DNA of 39,310 bases from a virus. Lineage: Duplodnaviria > Caudoviricetes. Shown here one piece after another: positions 35,234 to 39,310 of this stretch. Every line of letters begins with the position of its first letter. The stretch's first letter is position 1. The notes beneath the pieces are model-generated. The model saw only the letters and a list, made by a program, of their open reading frames with translations, did not search any database and had not been told where the DNA came from. Both the position numbers and the translations under genes were made by a program. The DNA lies in the IMG/VR virus record IMGVR_UViG_3300022719_000208, positions 1 through 39,310 of that record; one strand, written 5' to 3'.

Positions 35234-35716
35234 TTATATTCCCATTCCAGCCGTCCAGTCAAAATCATCAGGTCTATCAGTTTCGAATTCTCCAGTATCT
35301 GTTGAACCCTTGTCTGCAAATTGTTGGCTTTTCCAGCGACCAATCCAATCGAGGGCTTCATCCATCCTTTTCCACGAGAGTTCAGAAATCCGGCCAAAAT
35401 TCTCAACGAATGGATGCTTGGAAGCCTCATTTTCATCATCGGGATAAGGCGCTCCAGCATCACGCAACCGAGCCTTTAGCATATTTTGTTGCTTGAATGA
35501 TACCAAACCAGACGAATTTGTTTTGCTCCCTCCAGGCTGAGAACCACTATAATTGTTTTTGTTTTTCCACTTGCGCCGGAAGATGCACAGATACGTGGGT
35601 CCCTGTTCCGGAATGGCCTGGAATAGTGCCATATCGGCCGCATCGGCCTTTAACAGCAACCCTTCCATCTTATCCGCTGGAACATTAGCTTTAACTGACC
35701 AATTTTTCATTTTCAT
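35234..35716 (-). CDS. Hypothetical protein with acidic C-terminal tail, possibly recombination/ssDNA-binding
   Basis: Follows the exonuclease; Gly/Ser linker, VSFKQ motif, tail GEFETDRPDDFDW; AGGAG RBS. Confidence 0.55.
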   Translation of the reverse strand: MKMKNWSVKANVPADKMEGLLLKADAADMALFQAIPEQGPTYLCIFRRKWKNKNNYSGSQPGGSKTNSSGLVSFKQQNMLKARLRDAGAPYPDDENEASKHPFVENFGRISELSWKRMDEALDWIGRWKSQQFADKGSTDTGEFETDRPDDFDWTAGMGI

Positions 35717-36626
35717 CGCTCCTTGCTGTTACATTGTTGGCTTGGTCACAAATTTCGAATGCTGCACAATAATTTCTGAAATTATCTGGATGGCAGCGGC
35801 GATACTTTCCTGGGCGGTTCTCGATGTAAACGGACCCATCCAACTCGTGATCTATCGTCCACTGCTTTGCTTGTTCCATGGTGTCTAGAACCCTAAGAGC
35901 AGTTTTTCTTTCTCTCTTTTTGACCGCATATTTATCGCCGGTATACCATCGGTCTTCGTCGGAACAATTTATTAACTTGCTGCCACGCAAGTAGTCCTCT
36001 TCTGCTTGTTTGTGGTATCTAACGCGCTCTTCAATGTAATCACGCGCTCTATCCATGGTCCACAGAGGAACCTCTAGGGGAACAATTTCGGTCGAAGGCC
36101 ATTCAGGTTTTCGCTCCATTTCGCCAGGCCTAATATCCGTCCATGCCCAAATCAATAGTTTGTTCACCTCGATATTATTTTGGGAAAGCAGCCAGCGATA
36201 TGAATTTAGTTGGCGTTCCCAATCGCTTTCCATGCCCCGCTCAATGTCTTCCTTGGAGCTTAGATAGGAGTAGATAGAACAGCATTTCCAATCGATCAGT
36301 GTTTCATTGCTCATCGTTGGATAGTCAGGCTTTCCGCCCAGTATCCAGCCATCGACTTTCGCATAAAACCTTTTCTCTGCCAGATGGGTATATTTTTTCG
36401 CTTTTCCATAAAGCAATTCGTGGAAAAGTTGCCCCCGTAGCGACCTTATATTTTCAGACACATCTAGCTCCAGGTTTTTACTCTCATACTTTAGGAGCAG
36501 CCTCTTTCTGGCATTGTCTTGCATGGCAGTAATGGTGATATTGCATTTTCCAGGATCATAGTTATCCTGCGAAAGGCAGTCATAGAGAGGCTCGGGGTAG
36601 GCATATCTATTTTTAGAATATTTCAT
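35691..36626 (-). CDS. Cas4-like / PD-(D/E)xK exonuclease
   Basis: RGQLFH, EKRF, GKPD, LIDWK, QLNSY, and C-terminal Cys residues (C...RC...YC...C). Confidence 0.85.
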   Translation of the reverse strand: MKYSKNRYAYPEPLYDCLSQDNYDPGKCNITITAMQDNARKRLLLKYESKNLELDVSENIRSLRGQLFHELLYGKAKKYTHLAEKRFYAKVDGWILGGKPDYPTMSNETLIDWKCCSIYSYLSSKEDIERGMESDWERQLNSYRWLLSQNNIEVNKLLIWAWTDIRPGEMERKPEWPSTEIVPLEVPLWTMDRARDYIEERVRYHKQAEEDYLRGSKLINCSDEDRWYTGDKYAVKKRERKTALRVLDTMEQAKQWTIDHELDGSVYIENRPGKYRRCHPDNFRNYCAAFEICDQANNVTARSDENEKLVS

Positions 36627-36852
36627 TTTGATATTCCTTCTCGCCTGGATTGATTCTGCTTGCGATGCGTTCTAGATGACGAATGCGTTGTACCTTTTTC
36701 GACTCGTAGCAATCATCACAGATCAAAATATCATGGCCACCATTCCAGCCATTGGGTATATACCCCGCCACTGGAATTTCGAAATCTAGTGTTTTGGTGG
36801 TATATTCGAACCTTCCGCAACTATCGCACGTTGCTCGTAGGACGGTTTTCAT
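36613..36852 (-). CDS. Small zinc-ribbon protein
   Basis: CDSC...CDDC; start MKTVL at 36852 (AAGGA RBS) or at 36876. Confidence 0.65.
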   Translation of the reverse strand: MKTVLRATCDSCGRFEYTTKTLDFEIPVAGYIPNGWNGGHDILICDDCYESKKVQRIRHLERIASRINPGEKEYQNEIF

Positions 36853-36872
36853 TTTGGTTCCTTTCTCTTGTG

Positions 36873-37106
36873 TCATTTTATTCGATCCCATCGCCCAGAG
36901 AGAAAATCCTCCATTCGGCACGCAAATACATGGGCGTAAAATGCTACGATGCCTACAGGCGGATTGCTACCCGGTTGCTTGTGATAGTAGATTGATGAAA
37001 GTGATAGTTTCACTCCCAATTTTTCGGCAGCCAGGATGATATCCTGCGACCGTACATCATGCTCCTCGATCATCTCCTGCAACTTTTTTCCATCCCAATG
37101 CTTCAT
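36873..37106 (-). CDS. XRE/Cro-like helix-turn-helix protein
   Basis: 77 aa: WDGKKLQEMIEE...LSLSSIYYH...P.......AHVFACRMEDFL pattern. Confidence 0.65.
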   Translation of the reverse strand: MKHWDGKKLQEMIEEHDVRSQDIILAAEKLGVKLSLSSIYYHKQPGSNPPVGIVAFYAHVFACRMEDFLSGRWDRIK

Positions 37107-37137
37107 GCTTCTATTCTGTATATAGATGATTTGCTTG

Positions 37138-37521
37138 TCAAATGTTTTCCAGAACAAAAATTTGCCCCCTGTAGCCCTGGTGCCAAAGGGCAAGAACTGT
37201 GTGGTTGCCATCCCATATTTTCCCCCCGTGGAGAAGGATAGCCGGCCTGAAAATGATAGTGTTCCTTGCCAGGGATTGTACATGATGGCGCTTTGCGCCC
37301 CAGTCCTTAAGAATAATTTTTTTGTAATACGATCTGAGCTGCAAGCTTTTCCCGCGATCCTGCCAGCATGATCGCAAACGCATAACCTTGCTGATGGGAA
37401 GAAAATAACACCGGAAGCGACCGTTAGGAAATCTTACTGGCCATGCATTTAGCCATTTGTTGAAATTTTTTTTTGTGCAATAAAGCGGTTTTTGGTCAAT
37501 CTTAAATCTAGCCCTAGTCAT
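37138..37521 (-). CDS. ParB/Srx-like domain protein (divergent)
   Basis: PAILL...IWDGNHTVLAL resembles the DGxHR box; ATGA overlap at 37518-37521. Confidence 0.55.
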   Translation of the reverse strand: MTRARFKIDQKPLYCTKKNFNKWLNAWPVRFPNGRFRCYFLPISKVMRLRSCWQDRGKSLQLRSYYKKIILKDWGAKRHHVQSLARNTIIFRPAILLHGGKIWDGNHTVLALWHQGYRGQIFVLENI

Positions 37522-37967
37522 GATCCTTCTCTTTTGAAACTGGCATCTATGTTTTCCTCGATCCAGGAGCCAATTCCATCGCATCCAAAATCTGTAGGAT
37601 ACAAATAATCACGGATAAAAATTTCATCTTCAATGGATAATCCAGAGAGTTCTCGCAATTCGTTAGTCAGATAATACTCCCTAGGTAGAAGTTCCGGATC
37701 GTTATCGCAATCATCTATCAGGCAGTAGTATTGATCCTCGATTCCTAGCGCATTTCTTTTCCATTTTGTGCTGGTAGTACACATTGTTATAACGATATGA
37801 GCGAGTATGCCAATCGGAGAGTACTGATATTCTCCTGGACCACGTAATTCATATTGAAGATCCTTTTCATAATTTTTAAGCCTTCGAATCCATTCACGCC
37901 GAAATCCAGGATTCATGACAGATACTGGCCGATACATGTCGATGGATTTAAACTCTTCCCAATTCAT
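37518..37967 (-). CDS. Hypothetical protein (149 aa)
   Basis: GGGAGG RBS; coupled to the downstream gene. Confidence 0.75.
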   Translation of the reverse strand: MNWEEFKSIDMYRPVSVMNPGFRREWIRRLKNYEKDLQYELRGPGEYQYSPIGILAHIVITMCTTSTKWKRNALGIEDQYYCLIDDCDNDPELLPREYYLTNELRELSGLSIEDEIFIRDYLYPTDFGCDGIGSWIEENIDASFKREGS

Positions 37968-37977
37968 TTTTGCCTCC

Positions 37978-38229
37978 CTAAAAAATTAGCCCCGCAATAA
38001 TTAGCAGTACTGTTGCAGCAAACATAACAATTGACGCTTTTGTGAGCTTCCACGAAAGAGAATGTATTCCTTTTCCTTCGCAAAAGTTACAGCAATGCGG
38101 TCTGATTTCTATGAAGGATTCATGACGGTTTTCTTCCGCATCATACCCTAGATCATTTTTGCAACCAGAACAAAGAACTTTAAACCTGATACCTTCCATC
38201 GTCATCTCCTCTAATTCATAAACCACCAA
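37978..38229 (-). CDS. Small CxxC...CxxC protein with C-terminal TM helix
   Basis: CSGC, CNFC, IVMFAATVLLIIAGLIF; true start probably MTMEG, after AGGAG. Confidence 0.65.
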   Translation of the reverse strand: MVVYELEEMTMEGIRFKVLCSGCKNDLGYDAEENRHESFIEIRPHCCNFCEGKGIHSLSWKLTKASIVMFAATVLLIIAGLIF

Positions 38230-38312
38230 ACTGCATACCAGAATGCCACCACGGGATAAACTGCCTTATCCCACATTTCCCGTCTAGTTATCTTTACTTG
38301 CCTTTTTTTCAT
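38211..38312 (-). CDS. Possible 33-aa membrane peptide (MKKRQVKITRREMWDKAVYPVVAFWYAVWWFMN)
   Basis: Non-repetitive tail of the 38211-38681 ORF, fills the gap between genes. Confidence 0.4.
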   Translation of the reverse strand: MKKRQVKITRREMWDKAVYPVVAFWYAVWWFMN

Positions 38313-38754
38313 GGGTTTTTTTGCCAACAGCACCGCAAACGACGCTGTGAACGGATTTGTCAACGGCCCTATAAACGGCGTCGTCAACGGCGTTGCAAAC
38401 GGCAGCGCGAACGGCCGCACCAACGGCTCCGTAAAAGGCTGCGCGAACGGCTTCGAAAATGGCATCGTCAACGGCGTTGCAAACGGCGCCGCTAACGGCA
38501 CCGCGAACGGTGTCGCGAACGGTGTCGCGAACGGGGTAGTAAACGGTGTCGTGAACGGCGTCGAAAACGACTCCGAAAACGGGGTAGTAAACGGCTTCAA
38601 AACCGACTTTGCCAACGGCGCCGAAAACAGCCCCGTCAACGGCGTCGTCAACGGCCCTGCCAACAGGTGCGCGAGCGGCATCGAAAACGGCGCCGCTAGC
38701 AGATGCGTAAATGGCCCCGTTTATGGTGTCGGAGGTAGGCATATCGCTAATCAC
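38284..38754 (-). CDS. Tetrapeptide (AVxx) repeat protein, like the repeat region seen in DUF6745-type proteins
   Basis: 12-bp periodicity of GCCGTT; follows the QGD/HPEH gene, a pairing I recall for this family. Confidence 0.65.
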   Translation of the reverse strand: MISDMPTSDTINGAIYASASGAVFDAARAPVGRAVDDAVDGAVFGAVGKVGFEAVYYPVFGVVFDAVHDTVYYPVRDTVRDTVRGAVSGAVCNAVDDAIFEAVRAAFYGAVGAAVRAAVCNAVDDAVYRAVDKSVHSVVCGAVGKKTHEKKASKDN

Positions 38755-39263
38755 GGACTCGCTGCTTGGTGGCCCAATCCAACTGATACGTTATCTGCCA
38801 GCGACCAGGCGGGCACTCATGATTAGGATGCTCTGGGTGATCCATCGTCCACCTCTCTTTTGCGATGACCACGGGGCCCAAAATGGCCCGCTTGAGCAGA
38901 TCCAATGAAAACCCAGAGATTGCAAGAAGTCTGTCCTCTACCCATTTAGGCAGGGTCGTTCCCTGAAAAACCTCCACCTCTCCGGTAGCAACATGCCTGG
39001 CCCCGACAGTGTCGCCAACGGCTACCTGACGAGAACCCCATTTTTCTTTCCCATGCGGATGGTCCTCGCCCACAAAATGCATGTATATGTCGCCCTGCTG
39101 TAGAACCTTGCCGATTTCAATTCTCCGACAAATGAAAATGCATGTATATGTCGCCCTGCTGTAGAACCTTGCCGATTTCAATTCTCCGACAAATGCGCAA
39201 GTTTCTATCGAACGGATGTGTCTCGATTAGACCGAACTGTTTTTTCAACAACTGTGAACTCAT
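38747..39263 (-). CDS. His-rich QGD...HPEH...RVRD family phage protein, frameshifted by a 61-bp duplication
   Basis: ATG at 39263 with TAAGGAG RBS (MSSQLLKKQF...); removing one 61-bp copy gives a continuous 151-aa ORF with QQGDIY, G.TVGARH, HPEH, PPGRWQI.YQ, RVRD. Confidence 0.75.
39074..39195. repeat. Exact 61-bp tandem duplication
   Basis: 39074-39134 equals 39135-39195 (aaaatgcatg...ccgacaaatg). Confidence 0.97.
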
Positions 39264-39310
39264 TTTCTTTCTCCTTATTTCTTAACTTTTATTTAAGATT
39301 CTCTTCTCGT

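Noticed and set aside
38311-38826. AAC-rich + strand (NGVA repeats) as a DGR template repeat or a real ORF
   Set aside because: It is the reverse complement of GCCGTT (Ala-Val) repeats of the minus-strand gene. There is no reverse transcriptase and no matching variable repeat.
39074-39195. 61-bp duplication as a member of the hairpin-array family or a true pseudogene
   Set aside because: Different length, exact two-copy form and frame-breaking; better explained as an assembly end-overlap.

Overview
The window looks like an essentially complete ~39.3-kb tailed phage genome with podovirus-type organisation, probably circularly permuted. The rightward late arm (5252-35121) runs: putative TerS, TerL, a GT4/GT2/methyltransferase/radical-SAM cassette, portal, scaffold, SU10/DUF5309-like major capsid protein, a large GT2-TPR-GT4 glycosyltransferase, decoration/fibre proteins, adaptor and nozzle, three paralogous fibre-like proteins, a GNAT-like protein, three ejection proteins, holin-like and lipoprotein genes, and a RusA-like protein. 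The leftward early arm (35234-39310 joined to 1-4641) holds a Cas4-like PD-(D/E)xK nuclease, an HTH protein, a ParB-like protein, duplicated Ala-rich proteins, a DHH-motif protein and small ORFs. I recognise no DNA polymerase, primase, helicase, integrase, endolysin, tRNA or CRISPR array. Two things stand out. (1) At least eight tandem arrays of mostly unrelated sequence all have a 14-15 bp period, and each unit carries a mini-hairpin (4-6 bp stem, 2-3 nt loop starting with A on one strand), with compensatory stem changes in two arrays. (2) A glycosylation/glycan-tailoring system is embedded in the head module. Product calls come from motifs and gene order read by eye; no database searches were run.
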